Origin: Phycisphaeraceae bacterium
Lineage (GTDB): Bacteria > Planctomycetota > Phycisphaerae > Phycisphaerales > Phycisphaeraceae
Reading direction: 5' to 3'
DNA length: 64,000 nucleotides
Assembly (NCBI GenBank): GCA_963674705.1
Contig: OY771506.1
Span: 512,001 to 576,000 of the forward strand
The position numbers and the translations under genes were made by a program. Below the pieces are notes generated by a model. The model searched no databases, had not been told where the DNA came from, and worked only from the letters and a program-made list of their open reading frames with translations. The first letter of the stretch is position 1; the number at the start of each line of letters is the position of its first letter. Shown in pieces: positions 29,829-39,250 of the stretch.

Positions 29829-29900
29829 GCGGGCGTAACTCAATGGTAGAGTGTCAGCCTTCCAAGCTGAATGTTGAGGGTTCGAGTCCCTTCGCCCGCT
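29829..29900 (+). tRNA. tRNA-Gly (TCC), CCA not encoded
   Basis: Acceptor stem GCGGGCG/CGCCCGC; anticodon arm TCAGC-CT-TCC-AA-GCTGA (anticodon 29861-29863); T arm GAGGG-TTCGAGT-CCCTT; discriminator T at 29900. Confidence 0.97.
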
Positions 29901-29904
29901 TTCC
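29857..29904 (+). repeat. attL core (48 bp)
   Basis: GCCTTCCAAGCTGAATGTTGAGGGTTCGAGTCCCTTCGCCCGCTTTCC, identical to 63087-63134. Confidence 0.95.
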
Positions 29905-30114
29905 TGAATCTGTATGACGAACAACGCCTTGTGCTGCCAACCGGCGACACGAGGCGTCTTTGTTTCGCCCACGTCGCAAGTTACGATCAAGCCGTACAAT
30001 CCAGGCCAACGCCACCCGGTCGCCCACACGTGCCAACGTGTGCCACCGTCGGCCTACCGTCCGTGCAAGGATTCGTACAAGCGCCCGAAACCACGTGCAA
30101 GGTTTCGTGCAAGG
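29905..30114 (+). repeat. Conserved att arm (~210 bp), imperfect copy at 63135-63343
   Basis: Aligns by eye with scattered substitutions; contains TGCAAGGATTCGTACAAGC (30064-30082) and GTGCAAGGTTTCGTGCAAGG (30095-30114). Confidence 0.9.
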
Positions 30115-30123
30115 ACTGCTTGG

Positions 30124-31332
30124 TCAGATCAACTGCGAGAGGAACGTCTGGGCGGGCACTACGGTCGGTCCCTGCGGCTTGGCGAAGCAATCCGCATCGA
30201 CGTAATCCAAGTCGATGACCACCTGGAACGCAAAGGGCGCTTTGACCTGTTCCTGGTACGTTCGCAGGGCTGGGCTTAACGAAGTTTCGCTGTGTTTGAC
30301 CTCGACCAGGAACCACGGCTTGCCGTCACGAATCACGGCGAAATCGACCTCCCGTTTTTCCTTGTCACGCAGGTACGCCAACTGGAACTTGCCAAGCCCC
30401 AAGTCATTCCAGCCATCAACCGCCTTGAGCAGGTGGCAGCCGACAAATGTCTCGGCTCGACTGCCCTCTTCTTCGATTTCCGCCCAGTCACGCAAGAACC
30501 ACTTCGGTTCCTTGCGAAGCGAACGGGTGACGTTCTTGAACCACGGCTTGATCAGGAATCCGTGATGAAGGCTGCTGAGCGTTTCGACCCAACGTCGAAC
30601 CGTGTCCACTGATACCTGCACATCCTTGGCCAGATTGCTGAACGTGATCTGCGAGCCAGATCGGCTAGCAAGCATCCGAGCCAGCACGCTGATCTGGTCA
30701 ATCTGCTGAACCTGTGTCAGGTCACGAAGGTCTTCGCGCAGCAGTTGTTGGATGCGAAGCGTCTGCCATCGGCGACTGAAACGTGGATCGCGTTTGAGAT
30801 ACGGCTCTGGATATCCGCCATGCTGCCAGAGGGAGTCTAAGTCGGTTGCCTTGGGCTTCTTCGGCAAGCGGACAATCCGCTTGGGATCAGGAAGATCACG
30901 GTGGACGATCTCAGCCACCGAGAATGGGTGCATGTGGTAGAGGAAGTATCGACCCATCAAGCTGTCGCCGACGCGGCGGTATATGTCGAGTCGGCTTGAG
31001 CCGGTGACCAGCACGTGTACCCGGTCGGCATAGCTGTCATAAAAGCCCTTGAGGAACTGCTTCCATCGCATGTACTTGTGCAGTTCATCGAACAGTGCGA
31101 CCGGCAGCTTGTCCCGAAGACGGTCAAGGCCCAACTGCTTAGCCACGGCAGCAGGCCCGGCGAGTATGGCGGCCTGATCGTCCGTATTGTCCCAGTTGGC
31201 GTAGCTGTCGGCATGGTTACGGCAGGTGGTGGTCTTGCCGACCTGCCGAGGTCCACTCACCAAAGCCATCTGCCGGTGCTGCGTCAAGTGCTCCGCGAGG
31301 AAGCGGTCGTAGATGCGTGCGACGGGTTTCAT
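30124..31332 (-). CDS. AAA+ ATPase with DUF4143 / C-terminal PD-(D/E)xK-like domain
   Basis: Walker A GPRQVGKTT, LFDELHK, VTGSS, SLMGR, GGYPEP and YLRDKEKREVDF...VEVK. Alternative start at 31341. Confidence 0.9.
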   Translation of the reverse strand: MKPVARIYDRFLAEHLTQHRQMALVSGPRQVGKTTTCRNHADSYANWDNTDDQAAILAGPAAVAKQLGLDRLRDKLPVALFDELHKYMRWKQFLKGFYDSYADRVHVLVTGSSRLDIYRRVGDSLMGRYFLYHMHPFSVAEIVHRDLPDPKRIVRLPKKPKATDLDSLWQHGGYPEPYLKRDPRFSRRWQTLRIQQLLREDLRDLTQVQQIDQISVLARMLASRSGSQITFSNLAKDVQVSVDTVRRWVETLSSLHHGFLIKPWFKNVTRSLRKEPKWFLRDWAEIEEEGSRAETFVGCHLLKAVDGWNDLGLGKFQLAYLRDKEKREVDFAVIRDGKPWFLVEVKHSETSLSPALRTYQEQVKAPFAFQVVIDLDYVDADCFAKPQGPTVVPAQTFLSQLI

Positions 31333-31335
31333 GCT

Positions 31336-31397
31336 GACCATTTTCGATAGTATCGTAAAATAGTCAAGACCAATTTACGATGGCCACGAAAATAGTC
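31336..31397. promoter_or_regulatory. Tandem pair of 30-bp imperfect palindromes upstream of the ATPase gene
   Basis: GACCATTTTCGATAGTATCGTAAAATAGTC (31336-31365) and GACCAATTTACGATGGCCACGAAAATAGTC (31368-31397). Confidence 0.55.
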
Positions 31398-31413
31398 GGA
31401 CCAAGATGAGGCC

Positions 31414-32886
31414 TCAGCCCGCCACGGAATGGGCCTTATCGGTCCCATTACCTGCAGGTGTACCAAAGGCAGGCAACGCCTCAACTGCCCCGGCCACATC
31501 GAGCAGTGCCGGGTCGGTATACACATTCATCGTGAGTTCGAGACTGCTGTGCCGCATCGCGGCCATGGCGACGCGCGGGGCGACACCTGCCCGGGCGAGA
31601 TGGGTGCCGAACGTGTGGCGAAGGGCGTGCAGATCAACCACCCGGTCGCGTTCGTCTCGCTTGGGGATGCTCGCGGCAGCAAGGTCGCGATCGAACACAC
31701 GGATCTTGTCCTTGGGCATTGGGAACAGATGTGTCTCGTGCCGAAGTGTCCTACCGGCGCGTGCGTGGAGGTTGTTTATGTATGTCCGTAACACTTCGAC
31801 CAGGTCCGCTCGTAACGGGATCATCGCACCGCGACCTGCCTTCTCGTCTTTGGCAAGTAGTTCCAGATACGGGTACTCCCCATCGAGATGGGTCTGGCCC
31901 ACAGTGATACTGGCCAGTTCGTTCTTGCGCAAGCCGGTGCAGATCATCATGCGATACATCAGCGCCCGTTGCCGACCGACGAACATCAAGGTGTCGATGC
32001 GGTCGGGCTGGTCAGCGAGCAGGTCCAGCCCACGCTGGTATGCCGCATCGAGCGTGTCGAACGTCAGTTCCGCCTTGGTCCATGTGCTGCGTCCCGACTT
32101 CTCCCCATCCGACTTGGCCACGCTCTCGCGCCCCAGTTCAGCAATCGGGCGCAGTTCTGCCGCTCGCAGGAGGCTCGTGATCTCATCTTCGGTAAGCGCC
32201 CGCCGGTTTCGCCGACGGTCACCGTGTTCATCCGCCTTGTGCAGGCGTGCCAACGGGTTGAAACTCAGCCGCCCGGATTCGACGCACCAGTTACAGAACG
32301 CGACGATCGCTGCACGGTGCGTGTTGCGCGTACGACCAGCCATCCCCTCAACTTCACGCTGGTTCATCCACGTCTCCATCGCCTCGCGGGAGATGTCCGC
32401 TACGCGCTTGAACCCGCACTCGGCGACGACTCTTTCGAGTTGGTGTTTCACGTTTCGTCGATGATGGGCCGACACCCGCTTGCCCCGCACCGTCTTGGCC
32501 TTGAGGTGTTCCATGTAGGCGGCGATATGCCGGGCAATGGGCTGGTCGGCGAAGTCAGCCTGCCGCTCTTGCTCAGCGGTGAGGATACCCGACTTCACAT
32601 GCTCGACCCGCCGCAGCAGGTCAGCCAGTACCTGCCGGGCGGCCTGTTCATCTCGGCACCCGGTCGATTCGATCCGCTCGATACCCTCAGCGTCCCGATA
32701 CCGGGCGAACCACGTCGGGCTCTCTCGGATGATCTTGGTTTGCCCATGCTGGCCAGTGGTGATCTGGTCGTAGTGCTTGCGACCACGCCGGTCGATCCAC
32801 ATCGCCACGCGATGGCCCCGCCGCTCGACGATCTCGCACTGCCTGGGCAGGTGCTGGGTGTACGTCTTTCTGAAGATGTTCGCCAT
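31414..32886 (-). CDS. Tyrosine recombinase/integrase
   Basis: Catalytic residues TGLRKNEL (R), LHALRHTF (HxxR), MRHSS (H) and TMNVYT (Y); N-terminal WFARYRD arm-binding-like segment. Confidence 0.95.
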   Translation of the reverse strand: MANIFRKTYTQHLPRQCEIVERRGHRVAMWIDRRGRKHYDQITTGQHGQTKIIRESPTWFARYRDAEGIERIESTGCRDEQAARQVLADLLRRVEHVKSGILTAEQERQADFADQPIARHIAAYMEHLKAKTVRGKRVSAHHRRNVKHQLERVVAECGFKRVADISREAMETWMNQREVEGMAGRTRNTHRAAIVAFCNWCVESGRLSFNPLARLHKADEHGDRRRNRRALTEDEITSLLRAAELRPIAELGRESVAKSDGEKSGRSTWTKAELTFDTLDAAYQRGLDLLADQPDRIDTLMFVGRQRALMYRMMICTGLRKNELASITVGQTHLDGEYPYLELLAKDEKAGRGAMIPLRADLVEVLRTYINNLHARAGRTLRHETHLFPMPKDKIRVFDRDLAAASIPKRDERDRVVDLHALRHTFGTHLARAGVAPRVAMAAMRHSSLELTMNVYTDPALLDVAGAVEALPAFGTPAGNGTDKAHSVAG

Positions 32887-32954
32887 ATCCGAATCCCTTC
32901 AAGCCGGGCCATACGCCCGGTGTTGGTCGTCCTTGACACACTCAGCGGTCAGTC

Positions 32955-33069
32955 GCCCCTGAAAGCAAGGGCAACACGGCCCCTCGCGAAAAGGGGCCAC
33001 AGGTCCGCAGGTTCAAAAGGTTCAGAAGGTCGGCCCACTGGGCTTTTGGACCTTTTGAACCCCTGAACC
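32955..33069. other. Candidate replication origin: two hairpins plus converging GGTTCA/GGTCCA iterons
   Basis: GGTTCAAAAGGTTCAGAAG (33010-33028) faces CTTTTGGACCTTTTGAACC-CCTGAACC (33043-33069); hairpin GGCCCCT-N7-AGGGGCC at 32978-32998; lies directly downstream of the primase stop. Confidence 0.55.
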
Positions 33070-33080
33070 ATGGCGGCCGA

Positions 33081-35405
33081 TCACGGCGTCGGGGCCGCCA
33101 CCTTGGGGTTGATGTGATGGACCACCTTGGCGCGGCCCGGCGTGTTGAGCGTCTCGGTTCGCAGCCAGCTCAGTTCGATCAGTTCATCCACGGCAAGCTG
33201 GACCTGTTCGGCATCGGCCAGGAGCGACCAGTGGTGGCCGTGGTACACATCACGGATGGTGAAGCCGGTGGTCACATCGCCCTGTTCTATGCGCTGGGCC
33301 AGCGCCCGGGCATGCGCCGTGGCCGGGTGGATGCCGCGCGAGTAGATGCGCCGGGCATGCGACTCGAGGTAGTCGGCCCATCCGATCGCCCGCGTCACGG
33401 CATCGAGCGTTACCGGGTCACCGTCGGACTCAGCCAGGTGGATAATCAGCGCCAACGCCGGCACAAGTTTGCGGTACTTGGTCAGGTGACTCTCCACAGC
33501 AGGATGTTCCGCACCGCTTCGGAGGTGGTTCTCGCGGTCCACCATCCATGCATAGAACCGGTCCTGCGCCTCAGCATCGAATCGAAGGAACGGCATGGTG
33601 TTGCTATCGAACGCACCGGGCAGTTCGCCGATGGATGAGGCGGGCAGTTCATCGAAGCGCTGGTACACCTCGTAGGCCGAATTCTTCGCATCAGAATCAG
33701 GCCAGCGGTCAACGACCTGCCATGCACCGGGGTCATCAGGCCAGACCGCCATCTGGAACCGCTGCATCAGGCCATCGTCACCGGTGCCGCCACGCAGGGC
33801 TTCACCGAGATAGGTGCCAAGTGGACCGGGCTGGATGGTCCCGAGGATGCTCAGGCAGAACCCATCGATGCGAACGTTGCCGCGCCCGATCCGGTCAGAC
33901 TCGCACGATCCGTCGCCGGTCCAACCTTCGAGATAGAACGCACGAGCACCCTCCTGGCCCGGGCGCTCCAACGACTTGAGCAGGCCGATCAGTTCGTCGC
34001 GTTCGATGATGACGCCGTTGGGGTTGGCAGCCAGAATCTCACCTAGCGCTTCGACCGTAGCATCGTTAACGGTGTAGCGTTTCCGCTTCGGCTCCTCGGG
34101 CCGGGTCATCGATGCCAGTTCATCCTGCAAATCCTGCGTGTCCTCACCGGCCTTCATGGCGGCGGCGATGTTGTTGCGGATGACCTTGGTCTGGATGCCC
34201 TGAAGGTCAGACGCGGCAAGATACTCAGCCATGGCGGCTTCGTACTCGGCCAGCGCGTCGGCGGTCATGCGTCGGATCGGTAGTAACGTCTCCTTCATCG
34301 GCGGGCTTTTCATCAGGCTCGGCCGACCAATGAGCACACCCCACAGATTCGGGTACACCGTCCAGTTGTCTCGCTGCTTGGGGCGCATTGCGATCTTGCG
34401 ACCCAAGATGCCCGACAGCGCCACCATTGATGCCACCGCCGGGAAGTCCGGCGGACACTGCATGCGATCGGCGATGTCCACGATCCAAGGTCGAAGCGTC
34501 GAGGGCAGCAACACCGGGTCGAACGGCTTGACCGGCGGCAGGTCATCGGGGATTGGCTGCGGGTCGGGCCAGGCATTGGTATAACCGAGATACCGCTCAG
34601 GCCAGCATTCAATATCCGCCTGGCGGGCGCTATCGGGGTCATAGCGGCTGACGCTATCGGCGATGCGTTCGACCTCTTTCACATCGAGCGGCGGTTGGCA
34701 CCTGGACTCGTTTCGCGCAAGCAACGCAGCCTTGATCTCGGCGGCATTCATGCCGACCTGACGAAGGTGGCCACCCAGACGCATCAATGTGTTATTGCGA
34801 TGCCCCTCGGGAATCACATCACCCTCAGCGACTGGCGCAGCACCCAAATGCTTCGGCTCTGCACGGGCTCCCGCACCGATTGCTGTGAGCAACCAGGCGG
34901 GCGCGTCGGGAAAATCACACTCGCCCGGCTCCTGCTCCAGCAACCAGTTGTAGGTGTTGCCCGACTCGTGATTACTCGGCGGCAGGATGACGTATCCGCC
35001 ATCACCCTTGATGTCGATGCCCGAAGCGACCTGTCCCGTCGAGCATTTCACCCGCTGCCCAGGCCATTTGAAATAGATGTGTCGGCCACCACCGCCTGTT
35101 TGACATTCAACCGTGTGGGGCAAGGGCCCGTGTTCGGCTTCGAGTTCATCGAGGAAGATGTCGCCACCGTGGCGTGGATCGATGTCCATCACGAACAAAC
35201 CCGCTTCTATGCCGGTTCGCAGCGCGATCGCGGCATCGGGCCACCGCGACCACCACAGCAGCATCTGCTGACGATTGGTGGTGGCAGCGTAAAACCCCTT
35301 TTCCACCAGCGGCTGGTGCCCAGTGGGATGGCACGGAAACACCGGCCACCCCATCTCGGCGTACCGAACCGCAGCATCGATCAACTCTTTCTGACGATCG
35401 CTCAT
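33081..35405 (-). CDS. Bifunctional Prim-Pol + PriCT + DUF3987 (YfjI-like helicase) replication protein
   Basis: GWPVFPC, FVMDIDPRHGG, TGGGGRHIYF, IDIKGDGGYVILPPS, EGHRNNTL, NLWGVLIGRPSLMKSP, ERDEL and DDGLMQRF. Start at ATG 35405, overlapping the alpA stop. Confidence 0.9.
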   Translation of the reverse strand: MSDRQKELIDAAVRYAEMGWPVFPCHPTGHQPLVEKGFYAATTNRQQMLLWWSRWPDAAIALRTGIEAGLFVMDIDPRHGGDIFLDELEAEHGPLPHTVECQTGGGGRHIYFKWPGQRVKCSTGQVASGIDIKGDGGYVILPPSNHESGNTYNWLLEQEPGECDFPDAPAWLLTAIGAGARAEPKHLGAAPVAEGDVIPEGHRNNTLMRLGGHLRQVGMNAAEIKAALLARNESRCQPPLDVKEVERIADSVSRYDPDSARQADIECWPERYLGYTNAWPDPQPIPDDLPPVKPFDPVLLPSTLRPWIVDIADRMQCPPDFPAVASMVALSGILGRKIAMRPKQRDNWTVYPNLWGVLIGRPSLMKSPPMKETLLPIRRMTADALAEYEAAMAEYLAASDLQGIQTKVIRNNIAAAMKAGEDTQDLQDELASMTRPEEPKRKRYTVNDATVEALGEILAANPNGVIIERDELIGLLKSLERPGQEGARAFYLEGWTGDGSCESDRIGRGNVRIDGFCLSILGTIQPGPLGTYLGEALRGGTGDDGLMQRFQMAVWPDDPGAWQVVDRWPDSDAKNSAYEVYQRFDELPASSIGELPGAFDSNTMPFLRFDAEAQDRFYAWMVDRENHLRSGAEHPAVESHLTKYRKLVPALALIIHLAESDGDPVTLDAVTRAIGWADYLESHARRIYSRGIHPATAHARALAQRIEQGDVTTGFTIRDVYHGHHWSLLADAEQVQLAVDELIELSWLRTETLNTPGRAKVVHHINPKVAAPTP

Positions 35406-35629
35406 CGGCGGCCTCCCTTCACGGCCGGGCAACCATCGGCGATCCACTGTTCAATCTCACTTCGTTTCCAACGCACCAGCGTCCCCAGCCGCACCGGGCG
35501 CGGCATGCGACCGGAATCGTTGAGCCGGTACACCGTTCGCTCCGAGCAATTCAGCAAACGGGCGACATCCTTGATGGTCATTAAAGCGGTGGTGGTTACC
35601 AGGGGATGCATAGAGGTGGTATCAGTCAC
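35402..35629 (-). CDS. alpA: AlpA-family excisionase/regulator
   Basis: LMTIKDVARLLNCSERTVYRL...GRMPRPVRLG.LVRWKRSEIEQWI. Confidence 0.9.
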   Translation of the reverse strand: MTDTTSMHPLVTTTALMTIKDVARLLNCSERTVYRLNDSGRMPRPVRLGTLVRWKRSEIEQWIADGCPAVKGGRR

Positions 35630-35840
35630 GAGCTACCCCCTTATCCATCTGCCCGACGGTGTAGCCGTGGCGTCGCAGAGCAGCACTGATCATGTCGAGG
35701 TGGTCCTCGGAGATCAGCCGACGCCCGCCGATGATCGGGCATAGGTCGTCGCGTAACTCCCGTCGGTGGAACAGGTCAGGGATGTCGCGTGGCCGAGCGC
35801 CGAGTCGTCGGGCTGTCTCTGAAACGGACAGGTACTGCAT
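35622..35840 (-). CDS. Small HTH (excisionase-like) protein
   Basis: MQYLSVSETARRLG...IIGGRRLI; GGAGG RBS upstream; coupled to alpA. Confidence 0.7.
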   Translation of the reverse strand: MQYLSVSETARRLGARPRDIPDLFHRRELRDDLCPIIGGRRLISEDHLDMISAALRRHGYTVGQMDKGVARD

Positions 35841-36002
35841 AGCGGAACGCCTCCGTGCAAGTGTTCGTTGGTGACCGCCACCGCGACGGCCATCTACTTG
35901 CAATAGGGGCGATTTTGCGACCCGAATCAGGGAATAGAGCGACTTTCTCTAGGGAATCTGAGGGAATTGTCAGTGGTGCCCGGAAGGAAGATCGAATGGT
36001 CA

Positions 36003-37061
36003 TTAATTGCCGAAACGTGACACCAAGGTGTACGAAGGTTCGTCGCGGGGGCCTTCCTTGATGATGATAACGTGGTCGTCGAGGTCGTTCTCGCGCAGAT
36101 GCTTGCGGAGTTTGGACAAGGCCTTGGCAATACGCTTCATCGATTTGTCGAACTGATCTTTGCCATGCTCGTTGCGATATGTCTCTATCCCATCAACTGC
36201 TCGCTGCACCTCGCCCAACGTATGCGACACACCTGGTTTATTGGCCAGCAACATGAACAGGTTGCGAATCTGCGAGCCCTCCGGTCCGAGGTAGAGCCGC
36301 TTGCCCACCCAACGCACGACTCGCGAATCCAACGGGTCAGGCTCAGGCGCGCCAAGCGGTTCTTCAGTCGATTCGTCCGGATCGGTCACCCTCGATGAGG
36401 CACCACCTTCGCCAGCTGGTGGCGTAGCTGACGATGGTGTGTCGGAACCGGCTTCGATACTCGCCAGCAGGCGCAGATGCTCGACAAGTTCATTCGCGAG
36501 CCGCTGTATCTCCGCCTTGGCCCGGGCTTTCGCGCCATGTTCCTCAAATAACGCGCGGTCGATGGCCTCGGCAAACTGCTTGGGCGTTTCGGGCGAGCGG
36601 TCGTTGAGGGTCAGCGACCATACCCGCTGGATACCCTGGCACAAGCGTCCGAGTTGGATCGCATCAGGATCATCGTCGGCGAATACCCGGCGGTACCGGG
36701 CCGTGACCCCCTCGATCCGCACACGGCACTGGTCTTCCATCGCATCCAGACGCTGCTCATATGCTTCAGCCGCATCAAACAACGCTTTCGCTCGAAGCGT
36801 CAGGTCTTCGGCCCGACTTGACTGGCCCCGAGCCGCGAGCAATGTTTCTGCTGTTCGCAGCGCCCAGTCGCTGGACTTCCGCAATGATGCAGCCCACTCA
36901 TTGGAGCCGATCTCCTCGAGTATCGGATCGGTGTATGTGGTGTCCGTGCCCAACATGTTGGCCCAGCCCTCGATCTCATCGGCCAGGTGTTCGTAAACCG
37001 TGTCGAGCGCCGGCGTTTGATGTTGATGGTCCGAATCAGTCACACTCACGACTCCCGCCAC
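36003..37061 (-). CDS. Hypothetical regulator with C-terminal OmpR/PhoB-like winged helix
   Basis: C-terminus QIRNLFMLLANKPGVSHTLGEV...IAKALSKLRKHL...YTL resembles Trans_reg_C; helical N-terminal part unrecognised; true start may be GTG near 37049. Confidence 0.6.
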   Translation of the reverse strand: MAGVVSVTDSDHQHQTPALDTVYEHLADEIEGWANMLGTDTTYTDPILEEIGSNEWAASLRKSSDWALRTAETLLAARGQSSRAEDLTLRAKALFDAAEAYEQRLDAMEDQCRVRIEGVTARYRRVFADDDPDAIQLGRLCQGIQRVWSLTLNDRSPETPKQFAEAIDRALFEEHGAKARAKAEIQRLANELVEHLRLLASIEAGSDTPSSATPPAGEGGASSRVTDPDESTEEPLGAPEPDPLDSRVVRWVGKRLYLGPEGSQIRNLFMLLANKPGVSHTLGEVQRAVDGIETYRNEHGKDQFDKSMKRIAKALSKLRKHLRENDLDDHVIIIKEGPRDEPSYTLVSRFGN

Positions 37062-37705
37062 TCAGCCAGCATGTCGTTGACCTCGTCGAGGTCGAACACT
37101 TCGGGATCGAAATCGTCACCCAGCCATTCAACCAGATCATCGTGTTCTTCGTGATCGGGATCATCCACCGCCTCAAGCAGATGGTAGTACCCATAGATGC
37201 CGCCGCAATCCTCAGGCGGACAGGCCAGCTTTCCTGCCAGGCACACGGGATACTCGACGCCCGGCTTGGGCTCTTCGATCTTCTGCACCTCGACAATGTG
37301 TTCCCACCCATCGCCGAAGTCGTACTCGTAGATCAGTTTGCTTTTGACCTTCGGACACACCTCGGCCAGCGTGACCATATCTTCATCTTCACCATCCATA
37401 TCCTCAATAAAATCACCAAATGGTGTGGTCGTCATCACAAATACCCGCTCTCCACGCATGCGAGCAATGAACACATCACTCATGATGTCGTCCTGACTCA
37501 TTTGCTTGACTTCATCGCGGCTCGGTTTGAGTGACTTATCACGTAGTACAAACTGGTGCAGGTGGCTGTTCGTCCACCCCATGGCGATCTGAATCACCTC
37601 GTGCAACTGTCCGAGCCTGATATCCGAGAGCACCACCACCCGCCGCCATATTGGTGGCTTGCTGTCGCGGAGCATGATGCGAAGTGTGTATATCTTCTGA
37701 CTCAT
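37046..37705 (-). CDS. Plasmid pRiA4b ORF-3 family (IS1096 passenger TnpR-like) protein
   Basis: PPIWRRV, LHEVIQIAMGWTNSHLHQF, YEYDFGDGWEH and ACPPEDCGGIYGY. Start placed at ATG 37705 (MSQK). Confidence 0.9.
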   Translation of the reverse strand: MSQKIYTLRIMLRDSKPPIWRRVVVLSDIRLGQLHEVIQIAMGWTNSHLHQFVLRDKSLKPSRDEVKQMSQDDIMSDVFIARMRGERVFVMTTTPFGDFIEDMDGEDEDMVTLAEVCPKVKSKLIYEYDFGDGWEHIVEVQKIEEPKPGVEYPVCLAGKLACPPEDCGGIYGYYHLLEAVDDPDHEEHDDLVEWLGDDFDPEVFDLDEVNDMLAEWRES

Positions 37706-37989
37706 ACGGGTTACCTCACATTTAGTAGCTGTAATGCCTCGCGATTTCATCGACGGGGACGTTGTCGGGCACGTACTTCAATGATGCCGCCTATTCCTCA
37801 TCCGTGAGCGGGCCAGTAAATCCTCGCCGGGTGGCTTCATCGATTGGCACGATACATCATCCAGCCACAGCAAGCATTGGATTGTTGCGCTCGCGTCCTG
37901 TTTGTCGTTCTTATGTGATCGATGAGGTATTATTCAACCTGTTTGACAAAAGTGGGTTATCCTTTGCTGTTATTGTTGTCACGTCTGCT

Positions 37990-38133
37990 TTCACCGAGTC
38001 ATCACCCGATGATCTGCCGATGGAACCGCTAGTGGCGGCCGATCTTGGTGCTCGGAATTTCACCGCATCGAACGGGGTAGTAAAGAGTGGACTTGCTGAT
38101 CTTGAGATAGTCCGCTAGCTCGTCAATCGTCAT
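37990..38133 (-). pseudogene. Excisionase-type HTH (HTH_17) pseudogene, not in the ORF track
   Basis: Manual translation: MTIDELADYLKISKSTLYYPVRCGEIPSTKIGRH*RFHRQIIG**LGE. TAG at 38031-38029 replaces the conserved Trp of GRHWRF. Confidence 0.75.
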
Positions 38134-38437
38134 CACATTACCTAGGTATGATCGTCATTCTGTCCTGGTGCGGAGAAGAGGGGTGTAGGGCTGATTGAGC
38201 ACGCCGTCGCCCCCATCCGCATGCGTTGGCCCGCGAGACTTGCCTATTTGACAGCTATTGCCGACTGTGGTCAATCGCAGGTCATGGTTGGCGGTGACAA
38301 CTGGGTGCAAGGGCGCTCGCGGCGGGGTGCGGCATGGTTCCTTCCTGGCGCGATTCTCAGTGATGCCAGCGGAACCAGTCGCGGTGTTAGACACAGTTTG
38401 TTTTGAGCGTGTCGTTTTCCATAACGAGCCGTCGTAC

Positions 38438-38670
38438 AGGGTTCATCCCGCCATACTTCGTCCGCCAGCGGTAGTACGTCTGCTCGCTGATGCTCAACTG
38501 CTTGCAGACCTCCGGCACCTTCAGCCCTTGCCCAGTTCAATATCCGCCCAGCGGAGCTTGGTCACGATCTGCTCGGCTCTGTGTCACTTCTTCATCAAAG
38601 AATCCTTCCCGGCCAAAGGCCCGCTGGATTTTCTCATAAAAACTTGGATCGGGTTTTCAGGAGGGAGGCA
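38438..38670 (-). mobile_element. IS3-family remnant (left end plus broken orfA)
   Basis: Minus strand begins TGCCTCCCTCCTGAAAACCCGATCC (TG end). From 38595 it reads MKK*HRAEQIVTKLRWADIELGKG /frameshift/ KVPEVCKQLSISEQTYYRWRTKYGGMNP; orfB is absent. Confidence 0.85.
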
Positions 38671-38752
38671 ATATTGATTCGCCGATTACTCGGCTCCACG
38701 CGCTCCCACTGAATGTCTTACCGTTCACGTTTGTTAGTCGTCGACAGGGCGA

Positions 38753-39250
38753 TTATCGATGCGTGTTCATTGCTTCTGGCGTCGACCAGAACCCCCAGCC
38801 CGCGGCATCTTTCATGTAGGTGTTGAATGAACGAGAGGCTCTGCCCAGTGCGCGCTGCACGCAGTCGGCGACATATGCGTTGACAGCGGTCGCGGCCAGC
38901 TCGAACAGATACCGGAGCAGCTTGGCGAAGTCATCAGGAACGCCGGCGTCGATAAGCCCCTCGTTGTACTGGCCGATCGTGATCGGGGGGGGACTCGATC
39001 TGACGGCTGGTTGCTTCGCTAAGCTTGCCGGCCACATCGGCGAAACGAAGAAGATCGGGGCCGGTGACCTCGTAGACTTCACCATCGTGGCGAGAATCTG
39101 TCAGTGCGGCGATGGCAACATCCGCGATGACATCAATATCGATAAGTGGTTCAAGGGCATCTCGGTTGGGCAATGTGATCTTGCCTGCATTGACCATCTC
39201 GACAAATTCGCCTTCGCTGAAGTTCTGATTGAACCAATCTGCCGACTTGC
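38753..39250 (-). pseudogene. NmrA-like NAD(P)-binding protein, 5'-truncated and frameshifted
   Basis: WFNQNFSEG...IADVAIAALTDSRHDGEVYEVTGP in one frame continues as ...VQRALGRASRSF in another. The switch lies at the G8 run 38985-38992; the Rossmann N-terminus is missing. Confidence 0.75.

Noticed and set aside
29805..30316. Short ORFs over the tRNA and att arm (and their counterparts at 63068-63454)
   Set aside because: They are translations of tRNA and att sequence; their duplication is explained by the DNA repeat.
38255..38400. GTGCAAGG at about 38304 as an internal att arm
   Set aside because: Single unpaired copy with no att core nearby and no further alignment to the arms; could be chance.
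38985..38992. G8 tract as a phase-variation switch
   Set aside because: The gene also lacks its N-terminal Rossmann region, so restoring the frame would not give a full protein.
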